Assembly (NCBI GenBank): GCA_036785375.1
Contig: JAWMAR010001053.1
Location: 186,001-250,000, forward strand
Direction: 5' to 3'
DNA from: Leucoraja ocellata
Taxonomy: Eukaryota
Length of the DNA: 64,000 bases
Shown: positions 10,321-21,236 of the stretch, piece after piece
Layout of the letters: every line of letters begins with the position of its first letter
How positions within the stretch are numbered: the first letter of the stretch is position 1
The notes under the pieces: generated by a model
Told to the model about the DNA's origin: nothing
Databases searched by the model: none
What the model saw: the letters and a program-made list of their open reading frames with translations, nothing else
Made by a program: the position numbers and the translations under genes

Positions 10321-12771
10321 ATGGCAAACTCGTGCCGCAAGCCCGACCCGCTTGTGTTTGATGGGGACATTGCCCATCGATGGGATGTCTTCCGACGTGA
10401 TTTTCAGCATTGTGTGACCATCGCCCACCCTGCTGCCACCGCTGAGACGCGTGCATCTCTGCTCCTCAACTTGGCCGGTCCCGACGCCCTGGAACGGTCC
10501 GAGTCGTTTGTGTATGCTGCTGGTGAGAGTGCCCTCGATCCGGTATGTCTCATTGCTAAGTTCACTGCCGTGTGTGATGTTCCCACCAACTCTATTTTGG
10601 AGCGGTTCAAAATGTTTGGCCGTCGGCAGAGCGCTGACGAGTCCGTCACTAACTACATCGCCGCGTTGAGGCACCTGGCTCGGCGCTGCCGCCTTGATGC
10701 CCTGACCCCCGAGCAGCTGACTCGTGATATCCTTGTATACGGCCTCCGCGATACCAAACTGAGAGCAGAACTTCTCAGAATGCCCGAACTTTCTCTGGAT
10801 GCGGCTCTACACGCTGCACTCATGGCTGAAGCTGTCGCCTCTACCCTGCCACCCGAGGACACTCATGTCGACTTAGCCTCTGCCACCGGCCGCCCAAGAA
10901 ACGTTGCCCCGCGGCGACAACAGGGTCCACCCTCACCCAGGTCCGGCGTCGCCCGCCGCTGCCCCAACTGCAACTTTGCTACCCATCAATTCAACGTGTG
11001 CCCTGCCCTGGGGAAGACCTGCAATTTCTGCAGAAAGCTAAATCATTTTTCTGCAGCCTGCCGAGCCCGCGGGAATCAAGCCCCCCCTTTTCGGAGAGTG
11101 CCGGTCAACCTTGCTCAGGCTGATAGTACTGTCTCAGAGCACCTGCCTGATGATCTCACCCTTTCTGATATCAGTTCCTCCGAAGGGGAGGCCAGCGTGT
11201 TTTCGCTTCTAGACTCTCATGCTTTGGTTGCTAACCCTTCTGTCCGTGTGACCGTTAATGGTACGACCTTCTCAGCTAAGTTGGACACAGGCGCTTTTGG
11301 AAATGTTATGTCAACAAGCCTGTTTCGCAAGATAAGGTCTGGTGAGAAAGTGTCTCCTGCTCACTCCCGCCTGCATGCATATGGGGGAGCTGTCCTCGTT
11401 CCTGTGGGAAAGACAACTCTGCACTGCAAGGTCCTGGAGGCCTCTCGGCCCCTCACTTTCTACCTGCTAGATTCCGACAACGTGACCCTGCTCGGCGCAC
11501 GAGCATGCCAGGACCTCGGTTTGGTCTCCTTTCATCACGACATCCATCAGGTGCAGACCCTCATGGACCCCCTACGTGAATACCCTGATCGCTTCGATGA
11601 CAGGCTGGGCAAGCTGCCCAGCTGCTACAAGATTGCTGTCGACTCCAGCATTGAGCCTGTGGTCCGCCCGCCACACCGCGTCTCCTTCGCCATGAAGGAC
11701 AAGGTGAAGTCTGCGTTACTGAACATGGTCTCCAAGGGCATCCTGAAAGAGGTGAGCGAGCCCACCCGGTGGGTCTCCACCATGGTGGTGGCGGCGAAGA
11801 AGGACAAATCTGAGATTCGCATTTGCATCAACCCCAAGGACCTGAACCTGGCAATCAAACGCCCGCACTACCCGATGCGCACAGTAGAGGACGTCGCTGC
11901 ACAGGTTGGCCTGGCCACTGTCTTTTCGGTCCTCGATGCCAAAAGCTCTTTCTGGCAGATACCGTTAGATGAACGTTCTTCCTACCTGACGACCTTCAGC
12001 ACACCGTTCGGAAGGTTTCGATTTCTGCGCATGCCATTCGGCATCAACTCTGCCAGTGAGGTGTTCCAGCGGACCATGGAGCAGCTGTTCGCCGGTCTGC
12101 CGTGTGCTATCATAGTTGACGACATCCTGGTCTATGGCAAGGACGTGGCTGAACACGACCTGAACCTCCGTAAAGTCCTAGATCGGGCCCGGGACATTAA
12201 TCTGAAACTTAACCCAAAGAAATGTCGATTCCGCGTTAAAGAAGTTACTTACGTGGGCCACGTCTTTACCGCCTCGGGGCTGAAGCCCGACCCGGAGAAA
12301 ACTGCTGCCGTCTCTGGAATGTCCCCTCCTACCGATGTGCCCGCTCTGCAGCGTTTCCTGGGCATGGTGAACTACCTGGGGAAGTTTATCCCCGACCTCA
12401 GCGAACTGAGTGCGCCCCTGAGGGAGCTCATCAAAAAGGACACTGCCTGGGCTTGGTTCCCGCAACACCAACGCGCCTTTGACGTCCTGAAGTCCCGACT
12501 GGTCAGTACCCCCACACTCAAGTTTTTTGACCTACAGCACCCCATTGTTCTCACCTGTGACGCTTCCAAGTTTGGCCTCGGCGCCGCTTGCATGCAGCTC
12601 CACGACGGTCAGCAGCTGCCCGTTTCCTATGCGTCCCGCACCATGACCCCTGCCGAGCAGCGCTATGCTCAAATTGAAAAAGAACTCCTTGCTGTGGTGT
12701 TTGCTTGCTCGAGGTCAAGGACTACATTCTGGGCAATACCTTCACGATTGAAACGGATCACCAGCCGCTAG
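10321..12771 (+). CDS. gag-pol: Gypsy Gag-Pol polyprotein, N-terminal part (Gag, zinc knuckles, protease, RT, RNase H start)
   Basis: 816-aa ORF with CPNC..H..C and CNFC....H....C knuckles, protease LDTGA, RT LDAKSSFWQ, RMPFG and IVDD, and RNase H TCDAS and YAQIEKELLA. Confidence 0.93.
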   Translation: MANSCRKPDPLVFDGDIAHRWDVFRRDFQHCVTIAHPAATAETRASLLLNLAGPDALERSESFVYAAGESALDPVCLIAKFTAVCDVPTNSILERFKMFGRRQSADESVTNYIAALRHLARRCRLDALTPEQLTRDILVYGLRDTKLRAELLRMPELSLDAALHAALMAEAVASTLPPEDTHVDLASATGRPRNVAPRRQQGPPSPRSGVARRCPNCNFATHQFNVCPALGKTCNFCRKLNHFSAACRARGNQAPPFRRVPVNLAQADSTVSEHLPDDLTLSDISSSEGEASVFSLLDSHALVANPSVRVTVNGTTFSAKLDTGAFGNVMSTSLFRKIRSGEKVSPAHSRLHAYGGAVLVPVGKTTLHCKVLEASRPLTFYLLDSDNVTLLGARACQDLGLVSFHHDIHQVQTLMDPLREYPDRFDDRLGKLPSCYKIAVDSSIEPVVRPPHRVSFAMKDKVKSALLNMVSKGILKEVSEPTRWVSTMVVAAKKDKSEIRICINPKDLNLAIKRPHYPMRTVEDVAAQVGLATVFSVLDAKSSFWQIPLDERSSYLTTFSTPFGRFRFLRMPFGINSASEVFQRTMEQLFAGLPCAIIVDDILVYGKDVAEHDLNLRKVLDRARDINLKLNPKKCRFRVKEVTYVGHVFTASGLKPDPEKTAAVSGMSPPTDVPALQRFLGMVNYLGKFIPDLSELSAPLRELIKKDTAWAWFPQHQRAFDVLKSRLVSTPTLKFFDLQHPIVLTCDASKFGLGAACMQLHDGQQLPVSYASRTMTPAEQRYAQIEKELLAVVFACSRSRTTFWAIPSRLKRITSR

Positions 12772-14411
12772 TAACCATTCTTAACAAGCCGATCCACGCT
12801 GCTTCCTCCAGGTTGCAGCGTATGATGTTGCAGCTGCAACGGTTTACTTTTACCATCGTTTACCGAAAAGGCAAAGACATGTTCGTTGCCGACACACTGT
12901 CCCGCGCCCCTCTGCCTTCCTCTGCCCGCCACCCCTACGAGTCGTCGGACCTAATGGTGCTTAATGTCAACTTTGTGCCTTCCAAGCAGATGCAGTCCCT
13001 CGTCTCCCACACTGCCAAGGATCCTACCCTGCAGCTACTGTCCGACATCATCATCCAGGGTTGGCCTGAACGCCGCTCCTCCTTGCCGGCCAGTGTAGTC
13101 CCATACTTCCTGGTCCGCGATGAGCTCGTCCTGCACGACGGCGTGGTGGTTAAGGGGCACAAGGTCGTAGTGCCCGAGTCACTGAGGGTTGCCTATTTTC
13201 AGTCTGCCCACAACGGTCATCCTGGGGCCGAGGCCACTCTGTCAAGCGCCCAGGGCCAGTTCTACTGGCCCAGCATGGCCAACGACATCCGGGAGTGGGT
13301 CTCTGCTTGCCCTTCTTGCAACAGCCTGGCCCCACATCAACAACGTCAGCCGCTGCTGCAACAACCTGCCCCTGATCTCCCCTGGACGGCGGTCGCTACT
13401 GACATTTTCGAGTGGCGTGGGAAACACTTCCTGGTCCTCGTCGACTCCTATTCCAACTGGTTTGAGGTCGACCAACTCCACTCCCTTTCCTCCTCGGCTG
13501 TCATCGGGAGGCTGCGTCGCCACTTTGCCACGTTTGGCTCCCCTGCTCGCCTCCAATCCGACAACGGCAGCCAGTTCACCAGTGCCGAGTTCCAGCGTTT
13601 CGCTTCTCAGTGGAACTTTAAACATTTTACCAGCAGCCCTGAGTACCCGCAAAGCAACGGCCTGGCGGAGCGTGCAGTCCGCAGTGCTAAGGGTTTGCTG
13701 GAGCACTGTCGGCTGTCCAAGTCGGACTTCCACCTGGCCCTGCTTAATCTCCGCAACATTTCCCGCGACCCTGCCCTGGGTTCGCCGGCACAACGACTGC
13801 TGTCTCGCAGAACTCGCCCCCCCCTCCCTGTTGCCCAGCAATCCCTTGTTCCCTCTGTTCTCCCCCCTGCTACTGTCCAGGAGCGTATCACCACCAAGCA
13901 TGACTCGCAGAAGCGCTCCCACGACCAGTCCTGCCGCCCCCTGCCGCCCCTGTTTCCCGGCCAGATCGTCCGGATGCAGACTGCCTCTGGCCACTACAAG
14001 CTCGCCACGGTGGTCGGTGATGCCGGCTCACCGCGGTCTTACTTGGTGGACCACGACGGGGTCATCTACCGCCGTTCCCGCCAGCATCTGCTGCTCGTTA
14101 ACGAGCCCCGACCTCCGCCTGCTGCCCCCTTCTCCCCTCCCTTGTCTGTTTCCGCTCCTGCCGTTCCGCAGATGCCCAGATCCCTCCCTTCGCCGTTGAT
14201 TAAGCCCCCGTCTCCGCCTCCCAGCCCTCGTTCTCCCTCTACCCCGCCGGCGGGTGGGTCTTCTCCTGCCTCTTCTCCCCCTGTATCCCCGGTTTGCTCG
14301 CCTGCCCCGGCCCCGGCTGCTCTTGTTCCTGCAGGGGGAGGAGGTGGCGAGCTTCGCACCTGGTCAGGCAGGCTGGTCAAGCCGCCTGTTCGCTACGGGG
14401 ATTTTGTTTAG
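12705..14411 (+). CDS. pol: Gypsy Pol, C-terminal part (RNase H end, integrase), separated from the upstream ORF by a 1-nt frameshift near 12712
   Basis: ETDHQPL and VADTLSR motifs, HHCC (HNGH...CPSC), DDE core (TDIF, SDNG, AERAV), Pro-rich tail ending RTWSGRLVKPPVRY. Confidence 0.93.
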   Translation: MLEVKDYILGNTFTIETDHQPLVTILNKPIHAASSRLQRMMLQLQRFTFTIVYRKGKDMFVADTLSRAPLPSSARHPYESSDLMVLNVNFVPSKQMQSLVSHTAKDPTLQLLSDIIIQGWPERRSSLPASVVPYFLVRDELVLHDGVVVKGHKVVVPESLRVAYFQSAHNGHPGAEATLSSAQGQFYWPSMANDIREWVSACPSCNSLAPHQQRQPLLQQPAPDLPWTAVATDIFEWRGKHFLVLVDSYSNWFEVDQLHSLSSSAVIGRLRRHFATFGSPARLQSDNGSQFTSAEFQRFASQWNFKHFTSSPEYPQSNGLAERAVRSAKGLLEHCRLSKSDFHLALLNLRNISRDPALGSPAQRLLSRRTRPPLPVAQQSLVPSVLPPATVQERITTKHDSQKRSHDQSCRPLPPLFPGQIVRMQTASGHYKLATVVGDAGSPRSYLVDHDGVIYRRSRQHLLLVNEPRPPPAAPFSPPLSVSAPAVPQMPRSLPSPLIKPPSPPPSPRSPSTPPAGGSSPASSPPVSPVCSPAPAPAALVPAGGGGGELRTWSGRLVKPPVRYGDFV

Positions 14412-14485
14412 CTCTGTAATCATTGTATGCCTGCTTGTAGCGCATGAGACGTGGTCGCCCTGTCACTGTTATATTGCTTTGTTCC

Positions 14486-14496
14486 AAGAGGAAGGA
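14486..14496 (+). promoter_or_regulatory. Polypurine tract
   Basis: aagaggaagga immediately before the 3' LTR. Confidence 0.85.
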
Positions 14497-14700
14497 TGTA
14501 GATAGCTAGTGCATGTGCCTTTAACATAGTGACCTCACCACCCTTAACCACTCCCCTTATTAGGTGTATAATTGCATGTTCCCTCCCTGGGGTCGCTCTC
14601 TCTAGCTCCAGTGACAGACCACGTACAGCTAGTATAGCAATTATGTGAACAGTTAATAAAAGCTACAGTTAAGACAATGTGTTGTTGAGACTTCTTTACA
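14497..14700 (+). repeat. 3' LTR
   Basis: 204 bp, same sequence as the 5' LTR. Confidence 0.97.
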
Positions 14701-14944
14701 GGTGATAGAGGAATTGAAGGAAATTCACATTTGGCAGGAAATGATGTTGGGCAGACTGAAGGCTGATAAATCTCCAGGGCCTGATGGTTAGCAGTAACAG
14801 GATTGGTCTGAGTCAGCATGGATTTACGAAGGGGCAATCATGCTTGACTAATCTTCTGGAATTCTTTGAGGATGTAACTAAGAAAATGGACAAGGGAGAG
14901 CCAGTGGATGTAGTGTACCTGGACTTTCAGAAAGCATTTGATAA

Positions 14945-16119
14945 TTAAAATAATAAGCCTTTATTAGAAATACAACAAAATTATGAGTGCTACTCCTGAT
15001 CAGTGCAACCAAAACAAGTCCAAACAAGACAAAATCACATCCAATGCGTTCAATACGTTATTTTGCACTGGGAGAATATTACACTTTAAATTTAGTAAAT
15101 ACTTTAAAGGATTTTAAAAAAGAGGAAATATTAACTCAGTGGTCTGTTTTATAGTGGAATTGATGACAGCATTCTCATGTCGTGTGGATAGTTGAGGAAT
15201 TTAGAGCTCTAATGGCCCAGGGAAGGAAACTGATCTTGAGTCAGTTTGTCCGGCTTTTGAAGCACTTGTACCGCCTACCAGAGGGCAGGAGGTTGAACAG
15301 TGACTGTCCTGGATGGAAGGGGTCTTTGATTATTTTCCTGGCTCTACGGAGGCACCGAGAACTGGAGATGTCTTCCAAGGAAGGCAGAGGGCCTCCAATG
15401 GTTTTCTGGGCCATTTTGATCACTCTCTGCAGTGCTCTCCTTTCTGCTGGTGAGCAGCCGACACCACACCGTGATACAATATGCCAGCACTCTCGATGGT
15501 GGAGAGGTAGAAGGTCATCAGCAGCTCTCCTCTAGACTGTTCTTCCTTAGCACTCTCAGGAAGTGCAATCGCTGCTGGGTCTTTTTTTACCACCGCAGAA
15601 GTGTTGGCAGACCAGGAGAGGTCCTCCGCGATGTGTGTTCCCAGAAATTTGAAGGTGGAAACCCTCTCGGCACAGTCCCCGTTGATGAAGAGCAGGGCAT
15701 GGTCCGCTCTGTGCCTTCTGTAGTCGATGACCATTTCTTTGTTTTGCTGATATTAAGTGCTTGGTAGTTCGCGGAACACCACTCTGACAGCTTCAGGACC
15801 TCATCTCTGTACACTGCCTTGTTTCCTCCTGATATGAGTCCGATCACTGTGGTGTCATCCGCGAATTTAATAATGGAGTTTGTGGAGTGGATGGGAGTGC
15901 AGTCGTAAGTGTACAGAGCATAGAGGAGTGGACTCAGCACACAGCCTTGTGGAGAACCAGTGCTGAGAGTGAGTGTGGAGGAGCAGTGGGGGCCCATTTT
16001 AACTGTTTGTGGTGGTTATTGAGGAAGTCCTTTATCCAGGCGCAGGTGAGAGGGGGGATGTCTAAGTCCAACAGCTTGTTGACTAGTATGTCAGGGATGA
16101 TTGTATTGAAAGCTGAACT
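14945..16119 (-). mobile_element. 5'-truncated Rex1/Babar LINE (RT pseudogene)
   Basis: Minus-strand ORFs give SSAFNTIIP, GSPQGCVLSPLLY, KFADDTTV and LLPSGRRY. AATAAA tail near 14960. ataa is present at both junctions. Confidence 0.88.
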
Positions 16120-16639
16120 ATAAAATCCCACGTAGGAGATTAGTGGGCAAAATTAGAGCACATGGAATAGGGGGTAGGGTACTGATATGGATAGAAAATT
16201 GGTTGGCAGACAGGAAACAAAGTGTAGGGATAAACGGGTCCCTTTCAGAATGGCAGGCAGTGACGAGTGGGGTGTCGCAAGGCTCGGTGCTGGGACCGCA
16301 GCTATTTACAATATGCATTAATGATTTAGATGAAGAGATTAAAAGTTACATTAGCAAATTTGCAGATGACCCAAAGCTGCGTGGCAGGGTGAACTGTGAG
16401 GAGGATGCTATGAAGATGCAGGGTGACTCGGACAGGTTGGGTGAGTGGGCAGATGCATGGCAAGTGCAGTTTAATGTGGATAAATGTGAGGTTATCCACT
16501 TTGGTGGCAAAAGCAGGAAGGCAGATTATTAGCTGAATTGTGTCAAATTTGGAAAAAGGGAAGTACTGCAAGATCTGGGGTCCTTTTCATCAGTTACTGA
16601 AAGAAAGCATGCAGGTACAGCAGGCAGTGAAGAAAGTGA

Positions 16640-18580
16640 ATGGCATGGTTTTCAAGGGAAATTGGACACTTGGTTCGGAAAAAGAGGGAGATCTACAATA
16701 ATTATAGGCAGCATGGAGTAAATGAGGTGCTTGAGGAGTATAAAGAATGTAAAAAGAATCTTAAGAAAGAAATTAGAAAAGCTAAAAGAAGATATGAGGT
16801 TGCTTTGGCAAGTAAGGTAAAAGTAAATCCGAAGGGTTTCTACCGCTATATTAATAGCAAAAGGATAACGAGGGATAAAATTGGTCCATTAGAGAGTCAG
16901 AGTGGACAACTATCTGCAGAGCCAAAAGAGATGGGGGAGATATTGAACAGTTTCTTTTCTTCGGTATTCACCAAGGAGAAGGATATTGAATTATGTGAGG
17001 TAAGGGAAACAAGTAGAGTAGCTATGGGAACTATGAGGATCAAAGAAGAGGAAGTACTGACACTTTTGAGAAATATAAAAGTGGATAAGTCCCCAGGTCC
17101 GGACAGGATATTCCCTAGGACATCGAGGGAAGTTAGTGTAGAAATAGCATGGGCTATGGCAGAAATATTTCAAATGTCATTAGAAACGGGAATAGTGCCG
17201 GAGGATTGGCGTACTGCGCATGTTGTTCCATTGTTTAAAAAGGGGTCTAAGAGTAAACCTAGCAATTATATATCTGTTAGTTTGACGTCAGTGATGGGCA
17301 AATTAATGGAAAGAATACTTAGAGATAATATATATAAGCATCTGGATAAACAGGGTCTGATTAGGAACAGTCAACATGGATTTGTGCCTGGAAGGTCATG
17401 TTTGACTAATCTTCGTGGATTTTTTGAAGATGTTACTCGGGAAATTGATGAGGGTAAAGCAGTGGATGTTGTGTATATGGACTTTAGTAAGGCCTTTGAC
17501 AAGGTTCCACATGGAAGGTTGGTTAAGAAGGTTCGATGGTTGGGTATTAATGGTGGAGTAGCAAGATGGATTCAACAGTGGCTGAATGGGAGATGCCAGA
17601 GAGTAATGGTGGATGGTTGTTTGTCAGGTTGGAGGCCAGTGACGAGTGGGGTGCCACAGGGATCTGTGTTGGGTCCACTGTTGTTTGTCATGTACATCAA
17701 TGATCTGGATGATGGTGTGGTAAATTGGATTAGTAAGTATGCAGATGATACTAAGGTAGGTGGGGTTGCGGGTAATGAAGTAGATTTTCAAAGTATACAG
17801 AGAGATTTATGCCAGTTGGAAGAGTGGGCTGAAAGATGGCAGATGGAGTTTAATGCTGATAAGTGTGAGGTGCTACATCTTGGCAGGACAAATCAAAATA
17901 GGATGTACATGGTAAATGGTAGGGAATTGAAGAATGTAGGTGAACAGAGGGATCTGGGAATAACTGTGCACAGTTCCCTGAAAGTGGAATCTCATGTAGA
18001 TAGGGTGGTAAAGAAAGCTTTTGGTGTGCTGGCCTTTATAAATCAGAGCATTGAGTATAGAAGTTGGGATGTAATGTTAAAATTGTACAAGGCATTGGTG
18101 AGGCCAATTCTGGAGTATGGTGTACAATTTTGGTCGCCTAATTATAGGAAGGATGTCAACAAAATAGAGAGAGTACAGAGGAGATTTACTAGAATGTTGC
18201 TTGGGTTTCAGCAACTAAGTTACAGAGAAAGGTTGAACAAGTTAGGGCTTTATTCTCTGGAGCGCAGAAGGTTAAGGGGGGACTTGATAGTGGTTTTTAA
18301 AATGATGAGAGGGATAGACAGAGTTGATGTGGAAAAGCTTTTCCCACTGAGAGTAGGGAAGATTCAAACAAGGGGACATGACATGAGAATTAAGGGACTG
18401 AAGTTTAGGGGTAACATGAGGGGGAACTTCTTTACTCAGAGAGTGGTAGCTGTGTGGAATGAGCTTCCAGTGAAGGTGGTGGAGGCAGGTTCGTTTTTAT
18501 CATTTAAAAATAAATTGGATAGTTATATGGATGGGAAGGGAATGGAGGGTTATGGTCTGAGCGCAGGTATATGGGACTAG
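16640..18580 (+). CDS. CR1 ORF2, uninterrupted RT-containing portion (endonuclease domain missing)
   Basis: 646-aa ORF with KSPGPD, QHGF, YMDFSKAFDKVPH, GVPQGSVLGP and YADD. Confidence 0.85.
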   Translation: MAWFSREIGHLVRKKREIYNNYRQHGVNEVLEEYKECKKNLKKEIRKAKRRYEVALASKVKVNPKGFYRYINSKRITRDKIGPLESQSGQLSAEPKEMGEILNSFFSSVFTKEKDIELCEVRETSRVAMGTMRIKEEEVLTLLRNIKVDKSPGPDRIFPRTSREVSVEIAWAMAEIFQMSLETGIVPEDWRTAHVVPLFKKGSKSKPSNYISVSLTSVMGKLMERILRDNIYKHLDKQGLIRNSQHGFVPGRSCLTNLRGFFEDVTREIDEGKAVDVVYMDFSKAFDKVPHGRLVKKVRWLGINGGVARWIQQWLNGRCQRVMVDGCLSGWRPVTSGVPQGSVLGPLLFVMYINDLDDGVVNWISKYADDTKVGGVAGNEVDFQSIQRDLCQLEEWAERWQMEFNADKCEVLHLGRTNQNRMYMVNGRELKNVGEQRDLGITVHSSLKVESHVDRVVKKAFGVLAFINQSIEYRSWDVMLKLYKALVRPILEYGVQFWSPNYRKDVNKIERVQRRFTRMLLGFQQLSYRERLNKLGLYSLERRRLRGDLIVVFKMMRGIDRVDVEKLFPLRVGKIQTRGHDMRIKGLKFRGNMRGNFFTQRVVAVWNELPVKVVEAGSFLSFKNKLDSYMDGKGMEGYGLSAGIWD

Positions 18581-19131
18581 GGGAGGCTTCAGAGGGTAAC
18601 CAGGACAGCGCAGAGGATCATTGGCTGCCCTCTCCCCTCCCTGATGGACATCTACATCTCCCGCTGCCTTAGCAGGGCAAAGAATATCATCAAAGACAGC
18701 TCCCATCCTGCGTTTGGACTGTTCGACCTGCTGCCCTCTGGAAGGCGCTATAGGTGCATCAAATCCAGGACAAACAGACTCAGGAATAGTTGCTTTCCGA
18801 GAATTATATCTACTATAAATTCAAATTCACACATGCACTGACTACACCGCCCAACACGGACTTCCATCTGTATATATGTATATATGTATGTAGCGCCGCA
18901 GAATTTGTGCACCTATTCCCCCCCCCCCCCCCCCCCATCTCCCTTCTGTTTTTTGTTTTTTCTGTTTCTTGTTTTTTTGTGCTAAATTGTATGTATGCAC
19001 TGAGTACGAGCAGCTTTCAGTTTCACTGTACATGTATAGTGACAATAAATGGCATATCATTATGTGTTCGGCACGGACTAGAAGGGTCGAGATGGCCTGT
19101 TTCTGTGCTGTAATTGTTATATGGTTATTAT
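16648..19131 (+). mobile_element. Second, younger CR1 family member (5'-truncated) inserted in the host CR1
   Basis: Distinct CR1 sequence with its own 3' tail (ggcctgtttctgtgctgtaattgttatatggttat). The host resumes at 19132, with atg at both junctions. Confidence 0.88.
18586..19058 (+). mobile_element. Rex1/Babar LINE 3' fragment inserted in the CR1 3' UTR
   Basis: Codes ...AKNIIKDSSHPAFGLFDLLPSGRRY... and ends with the hairpin cactgtacatgtatagtg followed by acaataaa. Confidence 0.85.
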
Positions 19132-20068
19132 ATGTTGGCCTTCATAACACGAGGAGGAGTATAGGATCAAATAGGTCTTTCTGCAGTTGTGCAGGACCCT
19201 ATTGAGACCACACCTGGAGTATTGTGTGCAGTTTTGGTCTCCAAGTTTGAGAAATGACATTCTTGCTATTGAGGGAGTGCAGCATAGATTCACAAGGTTA
19301 ATTCCTGGGATGGTGGGATGCTGATAGAATGGAGTGGCTGGGATGGTATACTCTGTAATTTAGAAGGATGAGAGGGTATCTTATTGAAACATGTAAGATT
19401 ATTAAGGGTTTGGACATGCTGGAGGCAGGAACCATGTTTCAGATGTTGGGAGAGTCCAGAACGGAGGGCCACAGTTTAAGAATGAGGGGTAAACCATCTA
19501 GAACAGTGATGAGGAAAAACTTTTTCACACAGAGTTGTGAATCTGTGGAATTCTCTTCCTCAGAAGGCAATGGAGGCCAATTCTCTTGAGGCTTTCAAGA
19601 GAGAGTTAGATAGATCTCTTGAAAGAGGAGTGAAAAGATATGGGAAGGCAGGAACAGGGTACTGATTGTGGATGATCAGCCATGATCCTAGTGAATGGTG
19701 GGGCTGGCTCGAAGGGGCAAATGGCTTATTCCTGCACCTATTGTCTATTGTCTTTTGTGTATTGTCTTTTGAAATCTTCATTTTAAATCTGATACTATTT
19801 GATAAAAGTAAGATGTTGTAAGCTATCAAGGTGAGGTGTGACCCTTGTTGCTCCTGCTTACTTTGTGCAAAGCGGGCACTCTTGAAACTATTACTTGTGC
19901 CCTTTGATCCCTTAAGTCTTGCCTCCCCAGCCACACTTCTTGCAGGATCTGGGAGGAATTGTGCCCCAGATATCAGGTTTTTAGAAAACATCAATCGGTG
20001 CTCTGTGGACATCATACCACATCAAAACTCTGCACAGAAACCCTCTATTTGACTGATGCAATGCCTTA

Positions 20069-20350
20069 AGGACCTGTCCCACTGTACGAGCTAATTTCCT
20101 GATTCTCTTGATTCGAACTCGGAGAATTACGGTAGGTACTCGGTGCTCTCGTGGACATTTTTCAATATGTTGAAAAATCTTCACGCGCTTACCGCATTTT
20201 CCGAGTACCTGCCGTTAGCATTATGAGCCGCTAAGAGACGTCCCGAACTCCGACGTACCCGCTACATACTTTCTACGTGCTTACCACGAGTTTGTTTTTT
20301 TTTAAACTCGGGAGAGCTCTTGAATTACCTCGTACAGTGGGACAGGCCCT
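20069..20350. mobile_element. PIF/Harbinger-type MITE
   Basis: TIRs ggacctgtcccactgtacgag (20070-20090) and ctcgtacagtgggacaggccc (20329-20349), with TWA flanks. Confidence 0.8.
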
Positions 20351-20769
20351 TAACTTGGAACTCAAAAATCAAATTGCATTTTTACTACTATTTTATAGGC
20401 TTGGTTGGATTTAGCAATCATAAGAGTATTTATTATTATTTGTTATTTTACTATTTAATTTGTTTTCTGACAAACTTATTTTAGGATGGAACTGTTTGCC
20501 AGAGTAGCTTCACAAATAGCAAAATTACAGTAATTGTATTTTAGGAGATTTGCCTTTTTGTTTACATGCATCTATATATCTTGAAAATTGGTTTATTGAG
20601 GATAATATGAATAATAAAGATTCACTACCCTGTACAGATCAACTTTGCAACCGTTAAATGTGGAGCCATGGCATATTATTCAATGGCCATACACGGTTGC
20701 CAATACAACTTTTTTACAAAAATAAGATATTAAATCTTTTTGAAGATGTGCGGCAATACAATATTTCAA

Positions 20770-21236
20770 AGACTACAGGAACGTCCAAAGATGTACAGGT
20801 ATGAGGTTAATTGGCTTGGTGTAAGTGTCAAGTCAAGTCAAGTCAAGTGGCCTTTATTGTCATTCAGACCTTGCGGTCTGAACGAAATTCTGTTGCCTTG
20901 CAGTCCTACATATGGTAAAAATGACAAAAACACACAATAAACACAAATTAACATCCACCACAGTGAGTTCACCAGGCACCTCCTCACTGTGATGGAAGGC
21001 AAAAATCTTAAGTCTTTGTCTCATTCTCCTTCTGCGCCGAGGCGATCCAAGCTTCAGATGTTATGACCCCACCGGGCGATGGTAAGTAATGTCAGTCCCG
21101 TGGCTGAATCCTGAATGTGTAAATTGTTCCTAGTGTGTGTAGGACAGTGTTGATGTATGGAGATCGCTGATTGGTGCGGACTTAGTGGGCCGTGGGGCCT
21201 GTTTCCGTGCTGTATCTCTAAACTAAACTAAACTAA
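20770..21236 (+). mobile_element. HE1-type SINE, 5'-truncated, interrupted at 20829-21116
   Basis: Body aggttaattggcttgg...aaattgttcctagtgtgtgtagg and tail cctgtttccgtgctgtatctctaaactaaac. Confidence 0.8.
20829..21116 (-). mobile_element. Non-coding retroposon 3' fragment with Rex1/Babar-type tail
   Basis: Minus strand ends with a hairpin, tgacaataaa and (cttga)n. Confidence 0.65.

Larger units (their letters stand above)
10023..14700 (+). mobile_element. Full-length Ty3/Gypsy (Mag-like) LTR retrotransposon
   Basis: TG...CA LTRs of 204 bp, 4-bp TSD GGTG (10019-10022 and 14701-14704), PBS-like TGG after the 5' LTR, PPT before the 3' LTR, domain order gag-PR-RT-RH-IN. Confidence 0.97.
9712..19752 (+). 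mobile_element. Host CR1 LINE split into four pieces (9712-10022, 14701-14944, 16120-16647, 19132-19752) by later insertions
   Basis: The CR1 sequence is collinear across each junction (ggatctagggtg|atagagg; gcatttgataa|..tcccacgtagg; aatggcatg|ttggccttc) and ends in a (ctattgt)n tail. Confidence 0.85.

Noticed and set aside
13189-14199. 336-aa alternative-frame ORF and antisense ORFs over the Gypsy integrase
   Set aside because: Expected shadow ORFs in GC-rich coding sequence; low-complexity products.
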